Assembly: GCA_903844215.1 (NCBI GenBank)
Contig: CAIMSP010000016.1
Location: forward strand, 9,575 to 73,574
Direction: 5' to 3'
Length of the DNA: 64,000 bases
DNA from: an uncultured beta proteobacterium
Lineage (GTDB): Bacteria > Pseudomonadota > Gammaproteobacteria > Burkholderiales > Burkholderiaceae_C
Shown: in pieces, positions 29,094 through 37,972 of the stretch
How positions within the stretch are numbered: position 1 is the first letter of the stretch
Layout of the letters: every line of letters begins with the position of its first letter
Translations under genes and position numbers: made by a program
Notes under the pieces: model-generated
What the model saw: only the letters and a program-made list of their open reading frames with translations
Databases searched by the model: none
Told to the model about the DNA's origin: nothing

Positions 29094-30761
29094 TTAGGGC
29101 GCCAGTTGCAATAGGGGCCCGAGGTGAGCGCGATAGTGTTGCCAACGGTTGATGGAACTACTAAATAGGGGCTGTCTTACTTGCCAATTGCTGGCAGTAA
29201 ATACCGGCCGCTGATTATGCGAAAAGTCCAGACAATCTTCATTCCATTCCAAATTGCAAAACGTGAGGATCTTCCTGGTTTCAGCCTCCTGACTGGCAAC
29301 GACGCTCTCATAGCAGATTTCGAGCATGTTATCGGCGAGCACCCGACGCCAATGCGTCATGATTCGCTCATATTGTCGGTAAAAGAAAGCCAAGTCGTGA
29401 AGATCGTAGGAATACGAACTGGAGTTTGAAAATTTGTGAAAGTAATTTGAAAGGCAGGTGTCCAGGGGATGACGCTGGCAGTGAATGATGCGCGCCGCAG
29501 GGAAACATAAGTGAATGAGACCGAGAAATAGAAAATTCGTCGGCATCTTGTCGATGACATGTTTCGATACCGGTGCTATTGCGCGCAAATGGGTCAGGTA
29601 CGAGTGCGCGTACTCTGGAATTAACTTATCAGAAATATTCTGAACGACGTCAGTGGATCCTCCGAGATTTCCCCAATAGAGGCACTCTCCCGCACTCGAT
29701 ACTTCGGGGTGGCGCGAAAGAATCTGTTCGATCAGGGTGGTGCCGGAGCGTGGCATGCCGACAATGAAAATGGGCGTGCTATCTGGCGCAAACATTGCAC
29801 CGTGGCGCTGAAAGAACGCGCTTGAAAAAGTTTGGATTTGCGCATCGACAAATTCTTCATGCTGCTGCCGATTAAATTCTCGGCTTCCCCTTTCAAGACG
29901 GTTCGCCTCGCTGTAAGACGCGAACGCGGCATCGTATTCTGCCAAGTCATCCAGGCATTTCCCAAGAGCGAAGAGCGCGTCGCTCTTGCCCTGAGGGGTA
30001 AGTCCGGTGGACAGCGTGAGTTCCTTTAGTCGAGTCACCAGGGCACTGTCCTGCGGCGTGATCTTTTTGGTTTCGACGAGGTTACCGTAGGCCCCGCCGT
30101 CCATCGGATCACGCAAAATTGCGCTTTCAAAGCAATTTCTTGCTTCATCGAAGCGCCCTAGCGTTTGGTAGCCGATGCCGAGATTCCTGAGCGCCACAGC
30201 ATGATTCGGATCAATATCGATGGCGTTCTTGGCACACGCGATGGCGCCACGAACTTTTCCCTGTTTAAATAATACATAGCCCAAATTGGCATGGGCATCG
30301 GCATAACGCGGTGCAATCAATGTCAATTTCTTGAAATTATGCGCCGCCAGCGCTAACTGATGATTTTCCAAGTAGATTAGTCCGAGATTATTTCGGGCCG
30401 CGACATGGCCAGGATCAAGCGCCAAAAGTTCAATTAGATAGGATATTGCCTCGACATTTTGGCTGATAAAATGGAGCGCCACCGCAAGATAAAACAGCGC
30501 GTTTAGTCGGTCCTTTTTTGAGATCTTCGCGTTCACGGCCTGCTTTAACAGAATCGTGGCTTTGACATAGTCGGCCTGCAGAAAAGCGATGCATCCAAGT
30601 CCATGCAACGCCGCTGCATAGTCCGACTTGAAAACCAAGATATCCGAATACAAGGCCGTGGCCAAAGAATAGTCGCCGCAGTACAGGGCGACCCGGGCTT
30701 GCCGGGCGAGAATCTTGAGCCGATCGGTTGCCAGCTTGTTGCTCGAAGGAATCATTGGCAT
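29094..30761 (-). CDS. TPR-repeat protein with a C-terminal sulfotransferase domain
   Basis: 555 aa. It has about 8 TPR-like repeats in the N-terminal half, and the PAPS 5'-phosphosulfate-binding loop GMPRSGTTLIEQIL. The gene is markedly AT-richer than its flanks. Confidence 0.85.
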   Translation of the reverse strand: MPMIPSSNKLATDRLKILARQARVALYCGDYSLATALYSDILVFKSDYAAALHGLGCIAFLQADYVKATILLKQAVNAKISKKDRLNALFYLAVALHFISQNVEAISYLIELLALDPGHVAARNNLGLIYLENHQLALAAHNFKKLTLIAPRYADAHANLGYVLFKQGKVRGAIACAKNAIDIDPNHAVALRNLGIGYQTLGRFDEARNCFESAILRDPMDGGAYGNLVETKKITPQDSALVTRLKELTLSTGLTPQGKSDALFALGKCLDDLAEYDAAFASYSEANRLERGSREFNRQQHEEFVDAQIQTFSSAFFQRHGAMFAPDSTPIFIVGMPRSGTTLIEQILSRHPEVSSAGECLYWGNLGGSTDVVQNISDKLIPEYAHSYLTHLRAIAPVSKHVIDKMPTNFLFLGLIHLCFPAARIIHCQRHPLDTCLSNYFHKFSNSSSYSYDLHDLAFFYRQYERIMTHWRRVLADNMLEICYESVVASQEAETRKILTFCNLEWNEDCLDFSHNQRPVFTASNWQVRQPLFSSSINRWQHYRAHLGPLLQLAP

Positions 30762-31007
30762 CTTGGGTGAGATCTGAATTCTATAATTATTTGCGTAAGT
30801 TATGGTTTACAAATTTTAAAAGTAATAATATTTTTGGTCCGTAATTTGAATGCTTCCAGATGTAATTATATATATTTCAAATTTCGAGAATTGATTTTTT
30901 GCAAAAGAATATAATTGCATACTTGCGTTTCAATTCGAAGCCGGCGTCTGCAAACCAGTGTGGTCACCCACCGCGACTGGCAAACTGGAGGCGGGCGGTG
31001 TGATCCC

Positions 31008-31643
31008 TTAATGAACCCCTGACGCTTCTTTGGCCGCGGCGCTGCTGCTCGCCTTTGGCGTGGGCTGGTGGTCGCATGAGGGCGCCGCGCGAGCAACTGA
31101 TGGCCTTGGCGCAGCTGGTTTACCGGCAGCTTTGATGGCCAGCGCGTTGACCAGCGCAAGCCTGCGGCTGCGTGAATCGATCTGCGCAACCTGGTCGAAC
31201 GCCAGGCGTGGCGCGCGCGCATAGATGCCCACCGGGTCGGCGTGGCCCAGGTTCACCAGAAAGTTGGCGCGGTAACGGCCATCCGGGAAGAAGGCCAGGT
31301 TCTGCGTATCGGCGTTGAAGCCCACGGCGCGTGCCGCCAGGATCAGGTAGGCGCCTTGTAGGCTGCTGTTGCGGCTGGCCGTGGCCTCGGCCAGGGCGGC
31401 GTTGCCTTAAAACAAGGGCCTGGCGTCGTAGCCGGGAAACTGTTGCGGTAGGTGCTCGTAAAAGCGCGTGTCCTGGGCCACGATCACGCACACCGGCGCG
31501 GCCAGCGTCTGCGCCACATTGCCCGCAGAAAGTGCGGGTTGCAGTTTGGCTTTGGCCTCAGCGCTGCGCACGAATACGTAGCGCGCCGAGCGAAAGAGTT
31601 GGTCCAGGGCGGCGTCGCTGAGGCTTGGAGTGGCCGTGGTCAT
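31008..31643 (-). pseudogene. Decayed RutE/YdjA-like nitroreductase (malonic semialdehyde reductase family)
   Basis: An in-frame TAA lies at 31404-31406. The segment normally found between ...FRxAR and [10 protein letters not shown] is missing, as is about 8 aa in AVG^FNAD. The reading frame runs on into the antisense of the anti-sigma fragment. Confidence 0.7.
31031..31140 (+). pseudogene. Internally deleted, frame-broken second copy of the anti-sigma gene (TM segment joined to the last ~15 codons)
   Basis: 31031-31089 is identical (59/59 by my alignment) to 28463-28521. 31085-31140 matches 28969-29024 at about 50/56 positions. The roughly 450 bp between these two parts in the intact gene is absent. 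Confidence 0.7.
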
Positions 31644-31690
31644 GGCGCTGGTTGATGCTTGGCAGGCCAGCGTGCTGCGTAAAAAAAGGC

Positions 31691-31716
31691 CCCGCAGGGC
31701 CTTTTTGAATGGGTGC
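31691..31716 (-). terminator. Rho-independent terminator downstream of the BI-1/YccA-like gene
   Basis: On the minus strand the stem GGCCCtgcgGGGCC is followed by T7. On the plus strand the hairpin is flanked by A7 and T5, which makes it potentially bidirectional. Confidence 0.7.
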
Positions 31717-31754
31717 ACGTCACCGGGACATTCGTCCCCGTGCGGCCCTTAACC

Positions 31755-32444
31755 TCAGTCGCGCTCGCCGCCCATGATGCCCAGCAGCGACAGCAGGCTT
31801 TGGAACACGTTGAACAGGTCCAGGTAGAGCGCGAGCGTGGCGCTGATGTAGTTGGTCTCGCCGCCGTCCAGGATGCGTTTCAGGTCAAACAGCATGAAGG
31901 CGCTGAAGATCGCAATCGCCAACATGGAAATCACCATCATGCCCACGGTCGAGCCGACGAAGACGTTGATGATGCTGCCCACGACCAACACCACGGCGCC
32001 GACCATGAGCCACTTGCCCATGCCCGAGAGGTCGCGCTTGATCGTGCTGGCCAGGCTGGCCATGACGAAGAACACGCCAGCCGTTCCGCCAAAGGCCGTC
32101 ATGATGAGCGACGCGCCGTTCCTGAAGCCCAGCGTATGTTCGATCAGACCGGAGAGCATCAGACCCATGAAGAAGGTGAAGCCCAGCAGCACCGGCACGC
32201 CCGCGGCCGAGTTCTTGGTCTTCTCGATCGCGTACATGAGGCCGAAGGCGCCTCCCATGAAAACAATCAGCCCCATCATTCCGGTGAGCGCGTGCGTGAT
32301 GCCCGTGGCCACCCCAATCCAGGCGCCGAGCACCGTGGGCAAAAGGCTCAATGACAAGAGCCAATAGGTGTTGCGCATGACGCGGTTGCGCTCCTGCGGG
32401 CTGCTGACGTCGCCGTAGTTGATAGGTTGAACTTGATCGAACAT
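31755..32444 (-). CDS. Bax inhibitor-1/YccA family membrane protein
   Basis: It has a seven-TM pattern and the typical N-terminus ...ERNRVMRNTYWLLSLSLL. The start was chosen at MFDQVQP (32442-32444). Confidence 0.85.
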   Translation of the reverse strand: MFDQVQPINYGDVSSPQERNRVMRNTYWLLSLSLLPTVLGAWIGVATGITHALTGMMGLIVFMGGAFGLMYAIEKTKNSAAGVPVLLGFTFFMGLMLSGLIEHTLGFRNGASLIMTAFGGTAGVFFVMASLASTIKRDLSGMGKWLMVGAVVLVVGSIINVFVGSTVGMMVISMLAIAIFSAFMLFDLKRILDGGETNYISATLALYLDLFNVFQSLLSLLGIMGGERD

Positions 32445-32572
32445 GGTGAACTCCTTGATTGAACTGCGCGCTGCAGTTGGGCGCATTGTAGGTGGATTCA
32501 AGGCCCCGTGCTTTGGCACTGAATCTCGCCCAGGCTGCGGGCAGGGCGGCTGCGCACCGTAGAATCCTCGGC

Positions 32573-34360
32573 ATGTCCTACGTCGTGCTCGCCCGCAAGT
32601 ATCGCCCCCGCAATTTCGCCGAAATGGTGGGACAGGAGCACGTGGTCCGGGCGCTGTCCAACGCGCTGATTTCGCAGCGGCTGCACCACGCCTACCTGTT
32701 CACCGGCACGCGCGGCGTGGGCAAGACCTCGGTTTCGCGCATTCTGGCCAAGTCGCTCAATTGCCTGGGCGCGGACGGCACGGGCGGCATCACGGCCGAA
32801 CCTTGCGGCGTCTGTCAGGCCTGCCGCGACATCGATTCGGGCCGCTTTGTGGACTACACCGAGCTTGATGCGGCCTCGAACCGGGGCGTGGACGAGGTGC
32901 AAAGCCTGCTCGAGCAAGCGGTGTACAAGCCGGTGCAGGGGCGCTTCAAGGTGTTCATGATCGACGAAGTCCACATGCTCACCAACACGGCGTTCAACGC
33001 CATGCTCAAGACGCTGGAAGAGCCGCCCGAATACCTGAAGTTCGTGCTGGCCACAACCGATCCGCAAAAGGTTCCGGTCACCGTCTTGTCGCGCTGCCTG
33101 CAGTTCAACCTGCGGCCCATGGCGCCCGAGACTCTGCTCGATCACTTGGCGCTGGTGCTCAAGTCCGAGGGCGTGGCCGCCGACACGCAGGCGCTGCGCC
33201 TGCTGGCGCGCGCGGCGCGCGGCTCCATGCGCGACGCGCTCTCGCTCACCGATCAGGCGATCGCGTTTGGCGCGGGCCAACTCGAGGAAGCCACGGTGCG
33301 CCAGATGCTGGGCAGCGTGGACCGCTCCCATGTGTTTCGCCTGATTGCCGCGCTGGCGCAGGGCGACGGCCGCACTGTGGTGGAGACGTCCGAGGCGCTG
33401 CGCCTGCACGGCTTGAGCGCGGCCTCGACGCTGGAAGAGATGGCCACCGTGCTGCAGCGTATGGCCGTGCTGCAGGCCGTGCCCTCGGCCGCAGACGAGA
33501 CCGACCCGCAGGCGCTGGAGCTGGCGCAACTCGCGCAGCAACTCCCGCCCGACGAAACCCAACTGCTCTACAGCATCTGTCTGCACGGTCGGGCCGAACT
33601 CGGCCTGGCGCCGGATGAATATGCGGCGCTGACCATGGTGTTGCTGCGCCTGCTGGCGTTCAAACCCGCCGCGCCAGCAAACCACTCCACCCCGGTGGAA
33701 AAAAAAAGTCTGACGCCAGCGCCTGAGCCGAAGGCGCTCGCGGTTTTGCCCCCGATGGTGGCGCCAAGCGCCGTAGTGGCGCCGCTGATCACGGTCCCGG
33801 TGATGGCGCAGCCACAGCCTGCCGCCAGCGCCAGCGCACCGGCCCAACCCCCGAGCGAGCCCGCAGCGGCCATGCAGGTGCTGGCGATGCCGGTGCGCGA
33901 ACAGGGCGAGCCCGGGCTGCGAACCCAGGCCCGAGCCGAAGCCAATGGCGCTGGCGCGGCGCCGCATCTGGTGCCCACGGAAGAGGGCGACATCTGGCAC
34001 GCCACGGTGCAGTCGCTGGTGGCGCAGGAGCTCATCAGCGCGATGGTGCGCGAACTCGCGCTGCAGTCTCAATTGGTGGCGCGCGACACCGACCAGTGGT
34101 TGTTGCGCGTGGAGCGCGAGTCGCTGAATCAGCCGTCGAGCCGCGAGCGGCTGCAGGCCGCGCTGGCGGGCCTGGGTTATCCTGTGCGCCTGGCGGTCGA
34201 AGTGGGGCGCGTGAGCGACAGCCCCGCCAAGCGCAATGCCGTGGCGGCTGCGGCCAAACAGCAGGCCGCCGAGCAGAGCATCCTCAGCGACCCTTTCGTG
34301 CAATCCATGGTGCGTGACTTTGGCGCGAAAATCGTCCCGGGCAGCATCAAATCCATTTAG
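32573..34360 (+). CDS. dnaX: DNA polymerase III subunits gamma/tau
   Basis: It contains [15 protein letters not shown], Walker [10 protein letters not shown], the zinc module CGVCQACRD, and MIDEVHML. The middle is Pro/Ala-rich and a tau C-terminus is present. Confidence 0.93.
   Translation: MSYVVLARKYRPRNFAEMVGQEHVVRALSNALISQRLHHAYLFTGTRGVGKTSVSRILAKSLNCLGADGTGGITAEPCGVCQACRDIDSGRFVDYTELDAASNRGVDEVQSLLEQAVYKPVQGRFKVFMIDEVHMLTNTAFNAMLKTLEEPPEYLKFVLATTDPQKVPVTVLSRCLQFNLRPMAPETLLDHLALVLKSEGVAADTQALRLLARAARGSMRDALSLTDQAIAFGAGQLEEATVRQMLGSVDRSHVFRLIAALAQGDGRTVVETSEALRLHGLSAASTLEEMATVLQRMAVLQAVPSAADETDPQALELAQLAQQLPPDETQLLYSICLHGRAELGLAPDEYAALTMVLLRLLAFKPAAPANHSTPVEKKSLTPAPEPKALAVLPPMVAPSAVVAPLITVPVMAQPQPAASASAPAQPPSEPAAAMQVLAMPVREQGEPGLRTQARAEANGAGAAPHLVPTEEGDIWHATVQSLVAQELISAMVRELALQSQLVARDTDQWLLRVERESLNQPSSRERLQAALAGLGYPVRLAVEVGRVSDSPAKRNAVAAAAKQQAAEQSILSDPFVQSMVRDFGAKIVPGSIKSI
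33699..33742 (+). promoter_or_regulatory. Candidate dnaX recoding/slippage site (A9 tract plus downstream stem-loop)
   Basis: The A9 tract spans 33699-33707 (G GAA AAA AAA AGU). The -1 frame reaches TGA after 6 codons and the +1 frame reaches TGA after 1 codon. A 10-bp stem with one mismatch spans 33714-33742 and begins 6 nt after the tract. Confidence 0.5.
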
Positions 34361-34379
34361 CAACTCTCAAGGAAAAACC

Positions 34380-34712
34380 ATGTTCAACAAGGGACAACTC
34401 GCCGGCCTGATGAAGCAAGCCCAGGCGATGCAGGAAAACATGAAGAAGGCCCAGGACGATCTGGGCCTGGTCGAAGTCACGGGTGAGTCCGGTGCCGGAC
34501 TGGTCAAGGTGCTGATGACTTGCAAGCACGACGTCAAGCGCGTCACCATCGACCCCAGTCTGCTGGCCGAGGACAAGGACATGCTCGAAGACCTGGTGGC
34601 CGCCGCCTTCAACGCGGCCGTGCGCAAGGCCGAAGAAACCTCGTCCGAGAAGATGGCCAAGATCTCGGCCGGGATGCCGTCCCTCCCTGGCGGCATGAAG
34701 TTTCCTTTCTGA
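34380..34712 (+). CDS. ybaB: Nucleoid-associated protein YbaB/EbfC
   Basis: It contains [25 protein letters not shown]... and sits in the conserved dnaX-ybaB-recR order. Confidence 0.9.
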   Translation: MFNKGQLAGLMKQAQAMQENMKKAQDDLGLVEVTGESGAGLVKVLMTCKHDVKRVTIDPSLLAEDKDMLEDLVAAAFNAAVRKAEETSSEKMAKISAGMPSLPGGMKFPF

Positions 34713-34870
34713 TGATTGGCTACTGCGCAGGCGCCATGCGTCGTTGCGCGGTGCTCGCAATCCTCACGTACAGGAAGTACGCTGCGGTTGCTGCGCTCCG
34801 TGCGCCTAGCCTGGCCCCCGCTCGCTACGCCCTGAATGGCCGTGGTGTTTTTTGAAAACCTTGGTCTCTC

Positions 34871-35461
34871 ATGTCCGACTGCAACGCCCTTGACGGGCTG
34901 ATCCAGGCGCTGCGCCGCCTGCCGGGGGTGGGCGTGAAGTCGGCCCAGCGCATGGCGTTTCACCTGCTGCAGCACGACCGCGACGGCGCGCTGCGCCTGG
35001 CGCGCGCGCTGCACCAGGCGTGCGAACAGGTCGGCCACTGCCAGCGCTGCCACACCTTCACCGAAGGCGAGGTGTGCAGTACCTGCCTCAACCCGAAGCG
35101 CGATTTGAGCAAGCTGTGCGTGGTGGAGACGCCGGCCGACCAGTCGGCGCTGGAGCGCACCGGCGCCTACAAGGGCTTGTACTTCGTGCTGATGGGAAAA
35201 CTCAGCCCGCTCGATGGCATCGGGCCGCACGACATCGGTCTGAAGAAGTTGTTTGACCGCGCCTGCGACCCCCAGGTGCGCGAGGTCATCCTGGCCACCA
35301 ATTTCACGGCCGAGGGCGAGGCCACGGCGCACGTCATCAGCGAAGCCCTCAAGGCGCGTGGCGTGACGGTGACGCGACTCGCGCGCGGCGTGCCCGCCGG
35401 CAGCGAGCTCGAGTACGTGGATCTGGGAACCATCGCTCACGCCTTTGTTGACCGGCGCTGA
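34871..35461 (+). CDS. recR: Recombination protein RecR
   Basis: 196 aa. It has a Cys4 zinc finger ([16 protein letters not shown]) and a Toprim region. Confidence 0.93.
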   Translation: MSDCNALDGLIQALRRLPGVGVKSAQRMAFHLLQHDRDGALRLARALHQACEQVGHCQRCHTFTEGEVCSTCLNPKRDLSKLCVVETPADQSALERTGAYKGLYFVLMGKLSPLDGIGPHDIGLKKLFDRACDPQVREVILATNFTAEGEATAHVISEALKARGVTVTRLARGVPAGSELEYVDLGTIAHAFVDRR

Positions 35462-35535
35462 GTTTTTCCCTTGGGCGCGCCGAGCGGGCGCCTTCATGGT
35501 CGATAATGCGCCACATTTTTCTTCTGGAGTGACTC

Positions 35536-35943
35536 ATGCCGCTTGCCCATTTCACGCTGGCCTATTGGTGCGTTTTGATCGCCGCGCTGTTGCCCATCGC
35601 CTGCGCTGGCATCGCCAAGTCCGGTGGCGCTGGCAAGCCGCGCAGCCAGGGCGGTTTTGACAACGACGACCCCCGGGCCTGGCTGGCGCGGCTGAGCGAC
35701 TGGCATGGCCGCGCGAACGCCGCCCAGGCCAACAGCTTCGAGGCGCTGCCGTTCTTCATCGGCGCCGTCGTGATCGCGCACCAGCTCGGCGCGCAACAGG
35801 CGCGCCTGGACATCCTGGCCTTTGTCTATATCGTGCTGCGCCTGCTGTTCATCCTGTTCTACATTGGCGGGCTGTCCACGCTGCGCAGCCTGGCCTGGGT
35901 CGCCGCGCTGGGGGTGAATATCGCGATTCTCTTCAGTGCCTGA
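35536..35943 (+). CDS. MAPEG family membrane protein
   Basis: 135 aa with four hydrophobic helices and an N-terminus (MPLAHFTLAYWCVLIAALLP) typical of bacterial MAPEG proteins. Confidence 0.7.
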   Translation: MPLAHFTLAYWCVLIAALLPIACAGIAKSGGAGKPRSQGGFDNDDPRAWLARLSDWHGRANAAQANSFEALPFFIGAVVIAHQLGAQQARLDILAFVYIVLRLLFILFYIGGLSTLRSLAWVAALGVNIAILFSA

Positions 35944-36090
35944 CGAAGGACGACTGGGCGGCGCGGCACAGCCCGATTCGCCACGGATTTCAATTTTCAA
36001 ATTAGGTAAAAACCCGCTCGGGATGATCCCGATGCGCGCGCACTTCGGTCGGGCTAAGCTGGGTTCCAGTAAAAGCCAGAAAGGCTCCCC

Positions 36091-37137
36091 ATGGAATCCA
36101 CCCTCATGAATCGTCGCGGCTTTGCCGCAGCGGCAGCCGCTGGAGCGGCCTTGTTGGCCGCGCCCGGCCTGCAGGCCCAGGCCAAGCTGGAGAAAAGCAA
36201 AGTCTCGATCGCCGTCGGCGGCAAGGCCTCTTTTTACTACCTGCCCCTGACCATCGCAGAGCAACTGGGCTATTTCAAGGCCGAGGGCCTGGAGCTCGAA
36301 ATCAGCGACTTTTCCGGTGGTGCCCGGGCCTTGCAGGCCGTGGTCGGTGGCTCGGCCGACGTGGTCAGCGGCGCCTATGAGCACACCATCAATCTGCAGG
36401 GCAAGAGCCAGTATTTCCGCGCCTTCGTGATGCAGGGTCGCGCGCCCCAGATTGCCCTGGGCGTGTCGATCAAGGCCATGCCGCAGTACAAGTCGGTGGC
36501 CGACTTGAAGGGCAAGCGCATCGGTGTCTCGGCGCCGGGATCTTCCACCAACATGGTCGCCAATCTGGTGCTGTCGCGCGCCGGGCTCAAGGCCGCCGAC
36601 GTGAGCTTCATCGGCGTCGGCACAGCCGCCGGCGCACTGGCGGCGCTGCGCTCGGGGCAGATCGATGCGATGTGCAACATCGACCCGGTCATGACCATGC
36701 TCGAGCAAAAGGGCGACGTGAAGATCATTTCCGACACGCGCACCCTCAAGGGCACGGTGGAAGTGTTCGGTGGCCCCATGCCCTCGGGCTGCCTGTACGC
36801 GCCGACGGAGTTTGTGCAGAAGCACCCCAACACCTGCCAGGCGCTGACCAACGCCATCGTGCATGGGCTCAAGTGGCTGCAAACGGCCGGCCCCAGCGAC
36901 ATCATCAAGACCGTCCCGGAGGGCTATTTGCTGGGTGACCGCGGCCTGTATCTGGCGTCGTTCAACAAGGTGCGCGAGGCGTTCTCACTCGACGGCGTGG
37001 TGCCCGACGACGGCGTGCGGATTGCGCTCAAGGCGCTGGCCAGTTTTGACGCCACGCTCAAGCCCGAGAAGATCGATCTGGCCAAGACCTTCACCAACGA
37101 ATTCTCCAAACGCGCCAAGGAAAGGTTCAAGGCATGA
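36091..37137 (+). CDS. ABC transporter substrate-binding protein (NitT/TauT, NMT1-like)
   Basis: It has a Tat-like signal (NRRGFAAAAAAGAALLAAPGLQA) and an SBP fold pattern. The ATPase and permease genes follow. Confidence 0.8.
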   Translation: MESTLMNRRGFAAAAAAGAALLAAPGLQAQAKLEKSKVSIAVGGKASFYYLPLTIAEQLGYFKAEGLELEISDFSGGARALQAVVGGSADVVSGAYEHTINLQGKSQYFRAFVMQGRAPQIALGVSIKAMPQYKSVADLKGKRIGVSAPGSSTNMVANLVLSRAGLKAADVSFIGVGTAAGALAALRSGQIDAMCNIDPVMTMLEQKGDVKIISDTRTLKGTVEVFGGPMPSGCLYAPTEFVQKHPNTCQALTNAIVHGLKWLQTAGPSDIIKTVPEGYLLGDRGLYLASFNKVREAFSLDGVVPDDGVRIALKALASFDATLKPEKIDLAKTFTNEFSKRAKERFKA

Positions 37138-37153
37138 GCCCTGAATTGAGCGT

Positions 37154-37972
37154 TTGATGTCTGAATTTGCGCTCGAGTTTCTCGACATTTCCTGCACCTT
37201 CAGGTCGCGCGACCACGCCGCCCAGCGCTACACCGCCGTGGCCGACACCACGCTGCGCATCCGCGCCGGGGAATTCGTCTCGGTCGTCGGCCCCACGGGC
37301 TGCGGCAAGTCCACGCTGCTCAACATCGGCGCCGGTCTGATGCAAGCTTCGACGGGCTGCGTGAAGGTGTTTGGTCAGACCCTGAGCGGCATCAACACGC
37401 GCGCCGGCTACATGTTTCAGACCGAAGCCCTGATGCCCTGGCGCAGCGCGTTGGACAACGTCATGGTGGGCCTGCAATACCGGGGCGTGGCCGACCTCGA
37501 GGCCAGGCGGCAGGCGCAGTCCTGGCTGGAGCGCGTCGGGCTGGGCGGTTTTGGCGATCATTACCCGCACCAACTGTCGGGCGGCATGCGCAAGCGCGCC
37601 GCGCTGGCCCAGGTGCTGGTGCTGGACCCGGACATCATCCTGATGGACGAACCCTTCAGCGCGCTGGACATCCAGACGCGCCAGTTGATGGAGAACGAGG
37701 TGCTGGACCTGTGGGCCGCGAAAAAGAAGGCCGTGCTCTTCATCACGCACGATCTGGACGAGGCCATTGCCATGAGCGACCGCGTGGTGGTGCTCTCGGC
37801 CGGCCCAGGCACCCACCCCATGGGCGAGTTCGACATCGACCTGCCACGCCCGCGCAACGTGGCCGAAGTGCGCACCGAAGCGCGCTTCGTGGAACTGCAC
37901 AAGCGCATCTGGGACGTGCTGCGCGACGAAGTGCTCAAGGGCTATGCCCAGCAACTCAGGAAGATCGCTTGA
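37154..37972 (+). CDS. ABC transporter ATP-binding protein (NitT/TauT family)
   Basis: Walker A is GPTGCGKST, the signature is LSGGMRKR, and Walker B is ILMDEPFSALD. Confidence 0.88.
   Translation: MMSEFALEFLDISCTFRSRDHAAQRYTAVADTTLRIRAGEFVSVVGPTGCGKSTLLNIGAGLMQASTGCVKVFGQTLSGINTRAGYMFQTEALMPWRSALDNVMVGLQYRGVADLEARRQAQSWLERVGLGGFGDHYPHQLSGGMRKRAALAQVLVLDPDIILMDEPFSALDIQTRQLMENEVLDLWAAKKKAVLFITHDLDEAIAMSDRVVVLSAGPGTHPMGEFDIDLPRPRNVAEVRTEARFVELHKRIWDVLRDEVLKGYAQQLRKIA

Noticed and set aside
31030-31224. A 64-aa plus-strand ORF (MAAALLLAFGVGWWSHEGAARATDG...).
   Set aside because: It is the frame-broken duplicate of the anti-sigma TM segment and not an independent gene. After the deletion junction the frame no longer matches the parental protein.
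32445-32572. A possible SRP (4.5S) RNA gene, which is often found upstream of dnaX.
   Set aside because: I could not find the conserved domain IV sequence (GGAAGCAGC-type motif with the symmetric-loop context) or a long closing helix in this 128-bp gap.
35944-36090. A possible TPP (THI-box) riboswitch upstream of the NMT1/THI5-like substrate-binding protein gene.
   Set aside because: The conserved CUGAGA and ACCUGAUCUGGAUAAUGCCAGCG-like elements are not visible.
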